Of a DNA stretch of 64,000 nucleotides, positions 19,633 to 28,799 are shown piece by piece (position 1 is the first letter of the stretch; each line of letters starts with the position of its first letter). Source of the stretch: a virus (taxonomy: Duplodnaviria; Heunggongvirae; Uroviricota; Caudoviricetes); the IMG/VR virus record IMGVR_UViG_3300028584_001240; one strand, given 5' to 3'. Below the pieces are notes generated by a model, which was given only the letters and a program-made list of their open reading frames with translations, did no database searches and was not told the DNA's origin. The translations under genes were made by a program, and so were the position numbers.

Positions 19633-20385
19633 TTAACAAACCTCCATCGCTAATACAGGGTAATAAGACATCAATAATTCTGGCGACCAATTAGAAACTT
19701 CATCAACAGGTGTATTATAGAGTTCACTCAATGCAGTAGTTATATAGAGAAAACATTTATTATAGAATAAATCGGCAAACTTTGAAACGTAATCATTAAT
19801 ATATTTTTCATTATTTTCTGTTCTTTTCATGAACTTAAAATTACCAACTTCCGAAGAAAATACAAATTCAGGATTAATATAGAATTTATTTTTTTCAAAG
19901 ATAAATCTAGGTCTTTGTTCTATTTCAATAGTTTCAAAGGCTGTTTCAAGGTTTGCATAAATTTGTGGATCGATAACACCATGCAATTTTGATGAATACT
20001 GAATAGTGCTGGAATCTTGTAGTATATTGACAGCTTTGATAAATTTCAAATGATTGCTTTGTCTAATCATAGCGTCCACAAATAATGAAAATGAATTAAA
20101 CCCATCAACACAATATTCCTTTACAAACAAATTATAGATGCCTAAATATTTTTGGTCACCAATCACTATATTAATTGAATGTCTTTTAGCCTCATTTGTC
20201 GATTCAAGAATAAAACTGAAAATAATGCTTCCTGATGCAGTGAGGACACGAACATCAGGAAAAAGATTATGACTGCCAACATTACCATTAGTCCGTTTCT
20301 GGAAAAAGACAGGTTCGAGCACATTATCTTTAAAAAATGGCTTTATTTTGGCTATAATTGAATCACATAAATCATTTATATTCAT
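19633..20385 (-). CDS. Tail-motif paralogue family member (sub-cluster A, 3 of 3)
   Basis: 250 aa. Ends ..LMSYYPVLAMEVC. Contains PRFIFEKNKFYINPEF. Confidence 0.8.
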   Translation of the reverse strand: MNINDLCDSIIAKIKPFFKDNVLEPVFFQKRTNGNVGSHNLFPDVRVLTASGSIIFSFILESTNEAKRHSINIVIGDQKYLGIYNLFVKEYCVDGFNSFSLFVDAMIRQSNHLKFIKAVNILQDSSTIQYSSKLHGVIDPQIYANLETAFETIEIEQRPRFIFEKNKFYINPEFVFSSEVGNFKFMKRTENNEKYINDYVSKFADLFYNKCFLYITTALSELYNTPVDEVSNWSPELLMSYYPVLAMEVC

Positions 20386-21119
20386 ATTTTGTGCATCTCT
20401 AATAGTTGAACATATCGAACAATATCTTCATCTAATACTTCTTTTGGATCAAGCGTTATTTTTAAATTCTGCCGAATCCTATTAATAATAGATGATCTTG
20501 ATAAATTATAAAGACCTTTCTCTAAATCCTCATAATAAGATGGATGGTTATCCAATAATTGTGGGTGAGAACTGATGATTTTGTCAGAGAAATGAACAGA
20601 GCAATTTAATCGAAGGTCAAGATATAACTCTTTATTGTAAATAGTAAATACGCAATCATGTCGAATAGTTGTTAAGCCTAATACAGACGTGAACTTTGCC
20701 ACATTAGTTCCTGACAATTTATTAAAATCATTAACTCGGTTCACCCGATCAGATGTAAAAAGGTTAAAGATATTGTCTTCTGATTCGAGTTTGGTCATTT
20801 TGAATAATGATAATTGTTCATGTATGTTTTCAAACATTTTAATAATACGAGCATAGTGAGAATCAACTCGTTTAGCTTTCTTAACCATTTCACGTAAGTA
20901 AAGCTCACCTTCACCATCATAATGGTAAACGTTTAAGATAGGCAAGATGCCTTGTCTATCATTGATATAAATAATAAGTAAGTGTTGTTTCTTGTTGCCA
21001 GTATAAATACTCACTGTAAAAACTGGATTCACAGCCGGTACTTCTTCGACAACAACATCTACACTGAAATGTTCTTTAAAGAATTTAGTAAATACTGGAA
21101 TGATTAACTTTTTCAACAT
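20382..21119 (-). CDS. Tail-motif paralogue family member
   Basis: 245 aa. Ends ..IVRYVQLLEMHKI. Confidence 0.8.
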   Translation of the reverse strand: MLKKLIIPVFTKFFKEHFSVDVVVEEVPAVNPVFTVSIYTGNKKQHLLIIYINDRQGILPILNVYHYDGEGELYLREMVKKAKRVDSHYARIIKMFENIHEQLSLFKMTKLESEDNIFNLFTSDRVNRVNDFNKLSGTNVAKFTSVLGLTTIRHDCVFTIYNKELYLDLRLNCSVHFSDKIISSHPQLLDNHPSYYEDLEKGLYNLSRSSIINRIRQNLKITLDPKEVLDEDIVRYVQLLEMHKI

Positions 21120-21142
21120 ATCTGTAACTCCATCATTAAATT

Positions 21143-21952
21143 TTAAATTTTTGACATATCAATAACATCAATATAACTATCAAACAGTTCTTTACTAATA
21201 GTTTTAAGATCAATGTCCATATCCAAAAATTTTTTTCCAATACGATCTTTAAAGCTGTCATAAAAATAAGTGTAAAACATTCCCACTGATAATACCTCAG
21301 TTATACTGCTATTGGGGGAATGGACTAAAATAGGCGTTTCACCATTGTTATAAAATAAGAACGGACTTTGATCAAGAAACAATACCTTTGTCTGGAATGT
21401 AGCTGTAAACTCGCCATCGTCAAAGGATTGAGGAATACCACCTTTCAAATCAATTTTCTTAGTTTTAATAATCTTAGCGACAACTGGATTATAGGTAACA
21501 TTTTGAATGGCTACGTTAAACTTCTTATTAACAACAGAAGTATCCATATGGGAAAGCATAGAACTTGGTTTAAATTCTACATCACCCGTTTTGATAAATA
21601 AACCTACATCCAAACCTGCCTGAACATAGCTGTCATGAATCGCCTTCATGTAATTAAAATTAGTATTAAAGATTTTATCAAGGTAACGAAGCATACGAGC
21701 CGTCTTTTCTTCATCATCTTGTGTATTAAACGAAAAATGAAGTTCATAAGACTTAGAGTGACTGTTATTTTCCTTGGCAGTTTCTTCGATATAAAGAATA
21801 TCACCATTTTTATTAGGGATGCTCAACACGGAGAAAAATTTACGATCAAAAAATTTCGATTCACTGACTGATTTATCTTTATAGACAAAGCCTTCCGCAA
21901 ACAACTTGGCGGAATAATTTGAAGCAAATTGTTCTATAAATAGATTGTCCAT
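21143..21952 (-). CDS. Tail-motif paralogue family member
   Basis: 269 aa. Ends ..LFDSYIDVIDMSKI. Confidence 0.8.
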   Translation of the reverse strand: MDNLFIEQFASNYSAKLFAEGFVYKDKSVSESKFFDRKFFSVLSIPNKNGDILYIEETAKENNSHSKSYELHFSFNTQDDEEKTARMLRYLDKIFNTNFNYMKAIHDSYVQAGLDVGLFIKTGDVEFKPSSMLSHMDTSVVNKKFNVAIQNVTYNPVVAKIIKTKKIDLKGGIPQSFDDGEFTATFQTKVLFLDQSPFLFYNNGETPILVHSPNSSITEVLSVGMFYTYFYDSFKDRIGKKFLDMDIDLKTISKELFDSYIDVIDMSKI

Positions 21953-22005
21953 AGGATCTCCAATGAAAGATGACCCATTATATCATAAAAACATGTAAAA
22001 ATAAA

Positions 22006-22749
22006 TCAAATTTTAATCATTTTATAGACATTGATTGCTTTTTTAATAAATTCTTCCGATTCATGCATTAAAGAAATCTCTGTCTCTTTAAATATTTCAT
22101 TGTTAATTCTGTTCACAATGATTTTAAAGAATAACGATTCAAGTTCATGTTCTGCATAATCAACACCACAATAAGAGTATACATCATCATTATTATTAAA
22201 AATAAAATAATCATTATCAAAAGAATAGTAAGTTTTAGTGCTATAAAATACTTCACCATCGCTTGTAACATTAATGACATAATTATTTAATCGAAAGATT
22301 TTCTGACCACCCACTGTCTTTTTCATACTAGGTAAAACTTGGAAGAGCTTGTTATTAAACCGGGCATTGTATAAATTATCAGAAGCTGATTTCGTAAAAT
22401 CATCAATAGCGTCAACCACTTCACAGATCCCAAGATGTTCACAAATTTCTTTTTGAATAGCGTCTAGAATTTCATGTTTATGCGAGTTGAATGGAAAAAA
22501 AGATAGCTCTCTGTTTAAAATAACGGTTTTATTTTTTTCATTAATTTTCAATTGATCACAGCGATGAATGTCAACCAACAAACGTAAAGGCCGTTCATTA
22601 AAGAATGTAAATGTTAAAACATAATCGTCAGAAATCATTTTTAGCACAGAAATACTGGGAGAATGAGTAACCTTATGTACAGAATAGCCACCCAAACAAA
22701 AATCAGTGTGGTAACGCTCTAAAAATTTATTAATAATTACTTCTAACAT
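22006..22749 (-). CDS. Tail-motif paralogue family member
   Basis: 247 aa. Ends ..FIKKAINVYKMIKI. Confidence 0.8.
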   Translation of the reverse strand: MLEVIINKFLERYHTDFCLGGYSVHKVTHSPSISVLKMISDDYVLTFTFFNERPLRLLVDIHRCDQLKINEKNKTVILNRELSFFPFNSHKHEILDAIQKEICEHLGICEVVDAIDDFTKSASDNLYNARFNNKLFQVLPSMKKTVGGQKIFRLNNYVINVTSDGEVFYSTKTYYSFDNDYFIFNNNDDVYSYCGVDYAEHELESLFFKIIVNRINNEIFKETEISLMHESEEFIKKAINVYKMIKI

Positions 22750-22758
22750 GTAATATCC

Positions 22759-23526
22759 TTAAATAGTCAGCATTTCTAATAATTGTATTTGTTCTTGATA
22801 TTTGTTATCAAAGTCAATGTCAAAATCAATATTTTTAAAACTTCTGTTGATATTTTTACGAATGGCACGTCTTCTTTTAACTGAAATATAATTTAAAAGC
22901 TGTTCTTTGTTCATATAGTGTTCATCAACTGAATAATGTTCATCAACATTATTAAATTTGATAGCAATAACGTCCCTATCAGAAAAGATGATGTCAATAT
23001 TATAGTTAACAATGATGTTCATATCAGTATCAAAACCTAAATGTTTACCAATAACGGTATTCATTTTAACTCGTCTATTTATTTTTTTATAAAAATCTTT
23101 ATATCCAATTTCGTAAATCAATTTATTAGTATTAAAGAAATCATGACAAGAATCCGAAATGGCATTGAACCGTTTAAATGATTGAATGGAGTCTAGTTGT
23201 TCATCATCAGTTTTAATAAAATCAAATATCTCAAAAACTCTTTTATATTCAATAGTAATAAAAGGTGCAGCCTTCAAAAAATCACGATAAATAGGCTGCT
23301 CTGGTGTTTTTAATGTAGCTAATTGAATTTTTATAGTGCTAGTGTGTGGGATAATTTCAAAAATATAGCAAGTCTCATCATTAAGATGAAAAGAGACATT
23401 AGACGAACCACTCGTATTGTAGCCATATTTCATTTCACTATCTGGCTTATTTTGGGAAATAATAGAGCCATACTTTTCAATAAACAAAGCAGTCAATCGA
23501 ACGAGTTCAGCATGTGTATTGCTCAT
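22759..23526 (-). CDS. Tail-motif paralogue family member
   Basis: Ends ..YQEQIQLLEMLTI. Start moved from TTG 23538 to ATG 23526 (GAGGTG upstream), 1 nt after the upstream stop. Confidence 0.8.
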   Translation of the reverse strand: MSNTHAELVRLTALFIEKYGSIISQNKPDSEMKYGYNTSGSSNVSFHLNDETCYIFEIIPHTSTIKIQLATLKTPEQPIYRDFLKAAPFITIEYKRVFEIFDFIKTDDEQLDSIQSFKRFNAISDSCHDFFNTNKLIYEIGYKDFYKKINRRVKMNTVIGKHLGFDTDMNIIVNYNIDIIFSDRDVIAIKFNNVDEHYSVDEHYMNKEQLLNYISVKRRRAIRKNINRSFKNIDFDIDFDNKYQEQIQLLEMLTI

Positions 23527-23527
23527 A

Positions 23528-24142
23528 TTACACCTCAATCATATCACAAAGAGACACATGAGAACGAATCGTTTCATCAGGCAATTCAAAAAAGAACTTC
23601 TTAGTCATCCCAACATTAGTTTTTTTGTTAACAATATAATGAAGAGAACCCATTGTTTCGACATAAAACAAATTAAGAAGTTCTTCCATAGTAACTTTTT
23701 TATGACTTTCGTTAACCTCACTAGGATGGCGGTAAGTGAGCCAAATATCACCCGTATCCAAATCAAACCAGAGATCTTTTTTATTCATTAGGTGGACCGG
23801 CCAGCAAAGGCGAAGAAAGTTACCAGAATAGATGTTTTTTATCCCCTCTTCTCGGGCTTCAAATTCTGTGTCGAAGCGATAATAGATAATCGAAGTTTTA
23901 GCGACTTTACCACTACTGGACTTACGACGATACGCTGTGCTGTATGTAATTCGTTCAAAATTATTGGATTGAGATTTCATGTAAGTGAATGTTGCTTCAA
24001 AACCATTCTCCATAACACGTCTCATAAAGCTTTCCACTGAAAAGCCAACATCCTGAAAAGCTCCAAGGTCAACACTCTTTTGAAATGCAGACTGAATAAA
24101 GGTCTTTACAGTAGTGAAATCAAATGAATTTAAATCTCTCAT
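23528..24142 (-). CDS. Tail-motif paralogue family member
   Basis: 204 aa. Ends ..IRSHVSLCDMIEV. GGAG upstream. First gene after the promoter at 24172-24200. Confidence 0.8.
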   Translation of the reverse strand: MRDLNSFDFTTVKTFIQSAFQKSVDLGAFQDVGFSVESFMRRVMENGFEATFTYMKSQSNNFERITYSTAYRRKSSSGKVAKTSIIYYRFDTEFEAREEGIKNIYSGNFLRLCWPVHLMNKKDLWFDLDTGDIWLTYRHPSEVNESHKKVTMEELLNLFYVETMGSLHYIVNKKTNVGMTKKFFFELPDETIRSHVSLCDMIEV

Positions 24143-24171
24143 GGTGATATAGCTCCAAAAAATGATGTCCC

Positions 24172-24200
24172 ATCATAACATATTGGGTCATTTTGAGCAA
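24172..24200 (-). promoter_or_regulatory. Putative promoter of the 13-kb minus-strand paralogue array
   Basis: Minus strand: TTGCTC, 17 nt, then TATGAT with TGt (extended -10). Confidence 0.5.
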
Positions 24201-24204
24201 GAAA

Positions 24205-24232
24205 TAAAAAAGGCAACCGTTTTTGGCTGCCT
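24205..24232 (-). terminator. Rho-independent terminator after the small ORF 24254..24409
   Basis: Minus strand: GGCAGCCaaaaacGGTTGCCtttttt. Confidence 0.75.
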
Positions 24233-24253
24233 ATGGTATTTAAGTGGTTAAAA

Positions 24254-24409
24254 TCAATAACCGAGTGCTTTTTCTCGTAGCTGTTCGAAACGATCCCATG
24301 CTTGTTCTTTCGATACCCGTGGTGCAAATTTGGCTTCATGCTGTTTCCATGCCAGCTCAATTTCACGTTCTTTGCGTTCAGTTTTGGTGTTCACTACAAT
24401 TTTAGCCAT
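24254..24409 (-). CDS. Small basic hypothetical protein (51 aa; below the ORF-track cutoff)
   Basis: My translation is MAKIVVNTKTERKEREIELAWKQHEAKFAPRVSKEQAWDRFEQLREKALGY. GAGGA SD and a terminator immediately downstream. Preferred over the overlapping track ORF 24139..24366. Confidence 0.6.
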   Translation of the reverse strand: MAKIVVNTKTERKEREIELAWKQHEAKFAPRVSKEQAWDRFEQLREKALGY

Positions 24410-24525
24410 ATCTAAATCCTCATTTAATTAAGCTTATGTGTTTGAGCTTTAAATATAGCAATATTTATCTTTATTGTCAATAGCCGAAAATAAACGAATT
24501 AAAGGCTTTAAAATAAGTAAATAAA

Positions 24526-24555
24526 TTGACAGATATCGTCATATTTTGCTATAAT
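24526..24555 (+). promoter_or_regulatory. Near-consensus sigma70 promoter
   Basis: TTGACA, 18 nt, then TATAAT with TGc (extended -10). Confidence 0.7.
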
Positions 24556-24584
24556 AGCCCAAATTTTAAAGAGGTGTTTATTGT

Positions 24585-26729
24585 ATGCATATCAATCCTA
24601 AGTTTTACAAAGTGCTTGAAGAACTGTGTTTGAAACAACAAGGTTATCACTATCATGGTTATAATTCAAGTTTCGATAGAGACTATGGGGCATTTGTTTA
24701 TTTAGACGATCTAGCGGACACTTGTAGATATGAAGCATTTAAAAAATATAATTTATCTGATATTCGTAATGATAATGATTTTAAACTGTGTTTAGGTTTA
24801 GAATTCCTAGATATGGATTTATCCATGCTCAGTATGACCAATAGAAAACTTGAAATGTGTAATTACATGGATTTTGACAGTGAGTCTCGACAATTCATGC
24901 CATCCATGATGAAAAGAAACAAAGATTTCTCAAAAGAAGAAATTATAAAAACATTTGAATACAAACTGATGAATTTTGAAAGTTCTATACAAATGAGCTA
25001 TCATGCGATCAGAGAAACATTTATGGTTCGAAATTTTTTAAATTGCACACCACTGGTAGATGAATGGTTGTCGTTTGCAAAGAAACATAATGTATCCATT
25101 GACAGTGAAATGGCACCTGTCCTTGAGTTTTTAGAAAAAGATAAGGATAGCTTTAAAATCTATCAGCAATTGATGTCTGATTTTAGTGATATTAGAAATA
25201 ATTCGATAGGGTTTATCAAGAAATCTCACAGTATCATGAGAGAGATTTATTACAACAAACCACACCACGGATTTGAAGGCTTTATTAATCCACACTATGG
25301 AATGAATTCAAACGACAATCGAATGACTGGTGAGCAATATGTTGTAGATAAGGAAATTATCAATGAGGTAGACACGCTTCAAGAAAAAATTGATTTTTTG
25401 AAAAATAACATCAAAAAGGCTATTAGTTCTGTTAAAAACGATGAATATGATGAAGTCGAAATTAGAAACAATAATAAAGTATTAGTCACTGCAATCTATT
25501 CAGCCTATAAGAAACTGAAAGATAAAATTGCTCTACCTGTAACAAAAGCAAAGTTTTTCAGTGAAGATGTAACGCTTTTGACACCTAATAAAATATGTGA
25601 CGAACATGCTATTGAGACTTTTTTAGAAAAAAGAACGAAAGATGTTATGTTGATTGCTGAGAATATTTCTCATCAAAATATCCATTATAAAAAAGTAATC
25701 GTTTTTGAAGATAAAAGTTTAGCTGTTTTGGTGGATGGTCAAGAACGATTTGAAGTTTTTGTTGATATTAATGAAACCAAACACCTTGTAAAAGCAGCAA
25801 TGGTTGGTTACTTGAAACACATGCTTAGAAAAAACCCAACAATTGCCAAGGTTATCAGCAATGCATTTGAAAGTAATATTAACAAAATAAATGAGAGTAC
25901 TGAGCGGTATCATGATAGACCATTCCAGCTCAATAAAATTATGGTATCTATTGATACTTATTTCAAAAATGAAAACATTTTAAAATCCTTGAAATTTGAT
26001 TTCATTGAAACTTGCAAAAAATTATCTTCATTTGAAAAAATTGATGACAAGATGCATAAATTAATTCGTGAACATAAAATTAAAAAATACGCTGAAAGCA
26101 TTGTGAGTAGCAAGTATAAACATTTGTATAATGCTCAAAGTTATAAGTTATTTAAGGAACTCTATGATTTAGGGATCGATTTGAAGATTGTTCAAGAAAT
26201 GATTGGTAAAAAGTTGGCGGCTGTTGAAACTGAAAAAATGTTTAATGAACATATTAAAAGTTTAATCAATAGTTTTAATGATTTTGATATGGAATCCATT
26301 AAAATTAAAGCTTCATCTAACAAAGTAAACGTTATTTCAGATACTGATAATATTCTTATTCTTGAAATCTCTAACTTTGAGCAATCTAAGAAATTAGGAA
26401 GCGGTTCTTGGTGCATTAGTCGAAACAAGACGTATTTTGACCAATATGTTGAAAGAGATGGAAAGCAATATTTCATTTATGATTTCAATCAAACATCAAA
26501 AAGTGTTAAATCACTGGTGGGCATCACTTTAACAAGTACAAAAACGGTAAAAGCGGCTCATAGTAAAAGTGATGGACATTTTAGCGACAAGAAGATGATT
26601 GATTATCTCATTGAGAAGGTGACGAAACTAGAAGAACAAGTCAAACCAAAAGTGACTGCAGTTAGAAAGACTAGAAAGAAAAAAGAAATTGATGGTGTCG
26701 ATATTACTCATTTAACCATTGGCTTCTAA
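24585..26729 (+). CDS. Large hypothetical protein, paralogue of 5898..7802
   Basis: 714 aa with AGAGGTG SD. C-terminal EHKIKKYAESIVSSKYKHLYN..ILILEISNFEQSKKLGSGSWCISRN..KQYFIYDFN..SLVGITL matches the other gene. A KNPTIAKV / KSPTIAKM segment is also shared. Confidence 0.8.
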   Translation: MHINPKFYKVLEELCLKQQGYHYHGYNSSFDRDYGAFVYLDDLADTCRYEAFKKYNLSDIRNDNDFKLCLGLEFLDMDLSMLSMTNRKLEMCNYMDFDSESRQFMPSMMKRNKDFSKEEIIKTFEYKLMNFESSIQMSYHAIRETFMVRNFLNCTPLVDEWLSFAKKHNVSIDSEMAPVLEFLEKDKDSFKIYQQLMSDFSDIRNNSIGFIKKSHSIMREIYYNKPHHGFEGFINPHYGMNSNDNRMTGEQYVVDKEIINEVDTLQEKIDFLKNNIKKAISSVKNDEYDEVEIRNNNKVLVTAIYSAYKKLKDKIALPVTKAKFFSEDVTLLTPNKICDEHAIETFLEKRTKDVMLIAENISHQNIHYKKVIVFEDKSLAVLVDGQERFEVFVDINETKHLVKAAMVGYLKHMLRKNPTIAKVISNAFESNINKINESTERYHDRPFQLNKIMVSIDTYFKNENILKSLKFDFIETCKKLSSFEKIDDKMHKLIREHKIKKYAESIVSSKYKHLYNAQSYKLFKELYDLGIDLKIVQEMIGKKLAAVETEKMFNEHIKSLINSFNDFDMESIKIKASSNKVNVISDTDNILILEISNFEQSKKLGSGSWCISRNKTYFDQYVERDGKQYFIYDFNQTSKSVKSLVGITLTSTKTVKAAHSKSDGHFSDKKMIDYLIEKVTKLEEQVKPKVTAVRKTRKKKEIDGVDITHLTIGF

Positions 26730-26740
26730 CTAGAGTATGT

Positions 26741-26768
26741 AAAAAAGACACTTCGGTGTCTTTTTTAT
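26741..26768 (+). terminator. Rho-independent terminator
   Basis: aaaaaaGACACttcgGTGTCtttttt. Confidence 0.85.
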
Positions 26769-26778
26769 TATCTGATGA

Positions 26779-26806
26779 TTGCAAAAGGAAATCGTCATAT
26801 TATAAT
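26779..26806 (+). promoter_or_regulatory. Putative sigma70 promoter of membrane-protein gene 1
   Basis: TTGCAA, 16 nt, then TATAAT. The spacer contains the ATCGTCATAT box shared with 24534-24543. Confidence 0.55.
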
Positions 26807-26876
26807 ACTTAAAGTAGCAAAATAAATTAGATGTATTATTTAAACCACAACCTAAAACAATTATAATAAGGAAATT

Positions 26877-27317
26877 ATGAACACGCAGGATCAATCAATA
26901 TTAACTACAATTTATAGAATATTTATAGGACTCACAATCTGTGGGCCAATCATGGCATTATTCATTTCACTGCCCTTTGGACTACCAGTGGTGTTAACAA
27001 TCGCTCTAATAGCCAACTTAATAATGTCTATGAAATATTACAACGAACTGGTTCGCTCATCTTTTGATAGAGAGATTAGAAAATTACTTCATTTTTTTAC
27101 GACATCAATTACTATTTTGTTTCTAACATCCATACCTGCTTTAATAACTTCATACACTGTTGTAAATGACATGACTGCGACGATGGATATGATTGCTGTG
27201 GTTATTAAATTTATAGGATCTATCGTTGCATGGGGATATTACTTAGTTGTTTTGATAAAGGAATATCATCAATTTGAAAAAATGAAAAATAAAAAAAATA
27301 ATATATTTATAGCTTGA
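26877..27317 (+). CDS. 4-TM membrane protein, tandem paralogue 1 of 3
   Basis: 146 aa. Four hydrophobic segments. Conserved (T/N)IY near the N-terminus, a KYY..(I/H)(R/K)K(L/I)L loop, and W(G/S/A)YY in the last helix. AAGGA SD. Confidence 0.8.
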   Translation: MNTQDQSILTTIYRIFIGLTICGPIMALFISLPFGLPVVLTIALIANLIMSMKYYNELVRSSFDREIRKLLHFFTTSITILFLTSIPALITSYTVVNDMTATMDMIAVVIKFIGSIVAWGYYLVVLIKEYHQFEKMKNKKNNIFIA

Positions 27318-27334
27318 AAACAACAATAATATTT

Positions 27335-27359
27335 AAAAGGCACTTAGGTGTCTTTTTTT
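27335..27359 (+). terminator. Rho-independent terminator
   Basis: aaAAGGCACttagGTGTCTTttttt (one G-U pair). Confidence 0.75.
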
Positions 27360-27370
27360 AGTTCATTCGA

Positions 27371-27398
27371 TTGTAAAAGAACAACTACATATTATAAT
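27371..27398 (+). promoter_or_regulatory. Putative sigma70 promoter of membrane-protein gene 2
   Basis: TTGTAA, 16 nt, then TATAAT. Confidence 0.5.
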
Positions 27399-27428
27399 AA
27401 TATAAACAACAATCAAAGATGTGTCCTC

Positions 27429-27875
27429 ATGGATGACAACAACCGATATTCAACATTGAATAATATTTATAAAGCGTTAATTTTTATGACGTTTGCAGTG
27501 CCTACACTTTGTTTTTACATTGCGTTTCAATCGTATATACTTGCCATTCTTTTACTACTTTTATTCATTATTGTTCCACATGCCTTAATTTGGACAAAAT
27601 ATTATAAGCTTACTGACCATGACACTTTTCAATTGCATATTAAAAAAATATTGATGGCTTTTTGGATATCCGGTGGGATACTTTTAGTTTCTTTGTTGCC
27701 AATGTTAGTTTTTGTTGGAGCCGATGGTGGTCAACCCACTGGCGGCGAATATCTAATGATGTTCTTAGCAGCAATTGGATGTTTCATAGGGCCAGCGTTT
27801 TCTTGGTCTTATTATGGCTACAAATTGATGAAAAATTATAGTTTACTTGATAAACAAATAAGAGGTGAGATATGA
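27429..27875 (+). CDS. 4-TM membrane protein, tandem paralogue 2 of 3
   Basis: The track's GTG 27348 lies inside the upstream terminator and before the promoter. ATG 27429 (MDDNNRYSTLNNIYKALIF..) aligns with the paralogue N-termini. Confidence 0.75.
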   Translation: MDDNNRYSTLNNIYKALIFMTFAVPTLCFYIAFQSYILAILLLLLFIIVPHALIWTKYYKLTDHDTFQLHIKKILMAFWISGGILLVSLLPMLVFVGADGGQPTGGEYLMMFLAAIGCFIGPAFSWSYYGYKLMKNYSLLDKQIRGEI

Positions 27876-28300
27876 ATAGTTTTAACGAATACGAGTGTTT
27901 AAAGAACATTTATTCAAGAATGATCATGCTCACAGCTATATCACCAATAGCTGTCTTATTTTTTGGCCCATTTTTGTTTTTATATATATTGATACCTAAT
28001 CTTTATATTTATGTTAAATATTATAAAAGACATGGCAATACAAAATTTGAAGGGCATATCAGAAAAATACTTAAAACATGTTTAATTTCGTTAAGTGTTC
28101 TATTTATATTTTTGTTACCACTTATATCAATGGCCTTCATAGACTTTACAAAAATATATCAAGGAACAGCTTATATGATTTTAATGGTAGCAATGATTTG
28201 TGTTGGTGTTGGTCTTTTGATTTCGTGGGCTTATTATTTTCATAACTTAATGAAGCTATCAAAAACTATAGATGAAAATGACTTTAACAAACTTATTTAA
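27872..28300 (+). CDS. 4-TM membrane protein, tandem paralogue 3 of 3
   Basis: 142 aa. ATGA overlap with paralogue 2. GAGGTG SD. Contains NIYSRMIM.., KYYKRHG.. and WAYYFHNLMK. Confidence 0.8.
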   Translation: MNSFNEYECLKNIYSRMIMLTAISPIAVLFFGPFLFLYILIPNLYIYVKYYKRHGNTKFEGHIRKILKTCLISLSVLFIFLLPLISMAFIDFTKIYQGTAYMILMVAMICVGVGLLISWAYYFHNLMKLSKTIDENDFNKLI

Positions 28301-28302
28301 AT

Positions 28303-28328
28303 AAAAAGGCACCTACGTGCCTTTTTTA
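28303..28328. terminator. Bidirectional terminator
   Basis: aaaaaGGCACctacGTGCCtttttt, between convergent genes. Confidence 0.85.
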
Positions 28329-28332
28329 ATGC

Positions 28333-28746
28333 TTATTTTCCGTGCCATACATAACAGGGCTTAACCGCACAAATCGTGTAGCTATTGCTACCGACATGGC
28401 CCCAGTCTTCAACATACACACGCCAGCCAAGATCATTTGAACCATCATGTTGACAATCACCTTCCCACGGCTCTTTGAGTTCAATATGTTTTGCATCACG
28501 ACTGGCAAGCCACTGCTTAGCAAACGTATATGCTTCTGCAGCATAAATAGGTTCAGGAAACGCAATCGCTTCTGGTGTATTGTACCATAGAAAGACCAGC
28601 CCTTTGGTCGGCATGACAATATATCCTTTGGCTGATGCACCTTGTTCATTGTAATTACTTTGAATGTGAAACGCTAGTTTGATAGCTAGCTCAAGGTGTT
28701 CATCATCTTCGCCATTAACGTTAAAAATACGGTTATCGAAACTCAT
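28333..28746 (-). CDS. Hypothetical protein
   Basis: 137-aa ORF (..GWRVYVEDWGHVGSNSYTICAVKPCYVWHGK). Not recognised. The overlapping track ORF 28326..28649 is rejected. Confidence 0.65.
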   Translation of the reverse strand: MSFDNRIFNVNGEDDEHLELAIKLAFHIQSNYNEQGASAKGYIVMPTKGLVFLWYNTPEAIAFPEPIYAAEAYTFAKQWLASRDAKHIELKEPWEGDCQHDGSNDLGWRVYVEDWGHVGSNSYTICAVKPCYVWHGK

Positions 28747-28799
28747 AGGGCAGACCTCTTAAAATAGATGGCTAAGTATATAGTAATTAGACGATTAGG

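Noticed and set aside
24139-24366. 75-aa minus-strand track ORF (MKLSWHGNSMKPNLHHGY..).
   Set aside because: It reads through a strong terminator hairpin (24205-24232) and overlaps the start of 23528..24142. The alternative 51-aa frame (24254..24409) has a GAGGA SD, a sensible charged sequence and ends just before that terminator.
27348-27428. N-terminal extensions produced by the track's use of GTG/TTG as 'M'. Examples are 27348, 34613, 1449, 7892, 11791, 23538, 49414, 51498, 60287, 62496 and 3408.
   Set aside because: The extensions overlap upstream genes, terminators or promoters and lack SD sites. Internal ATGs have GGAG/AAGG at proper spacing and align with paralogue N-termini.
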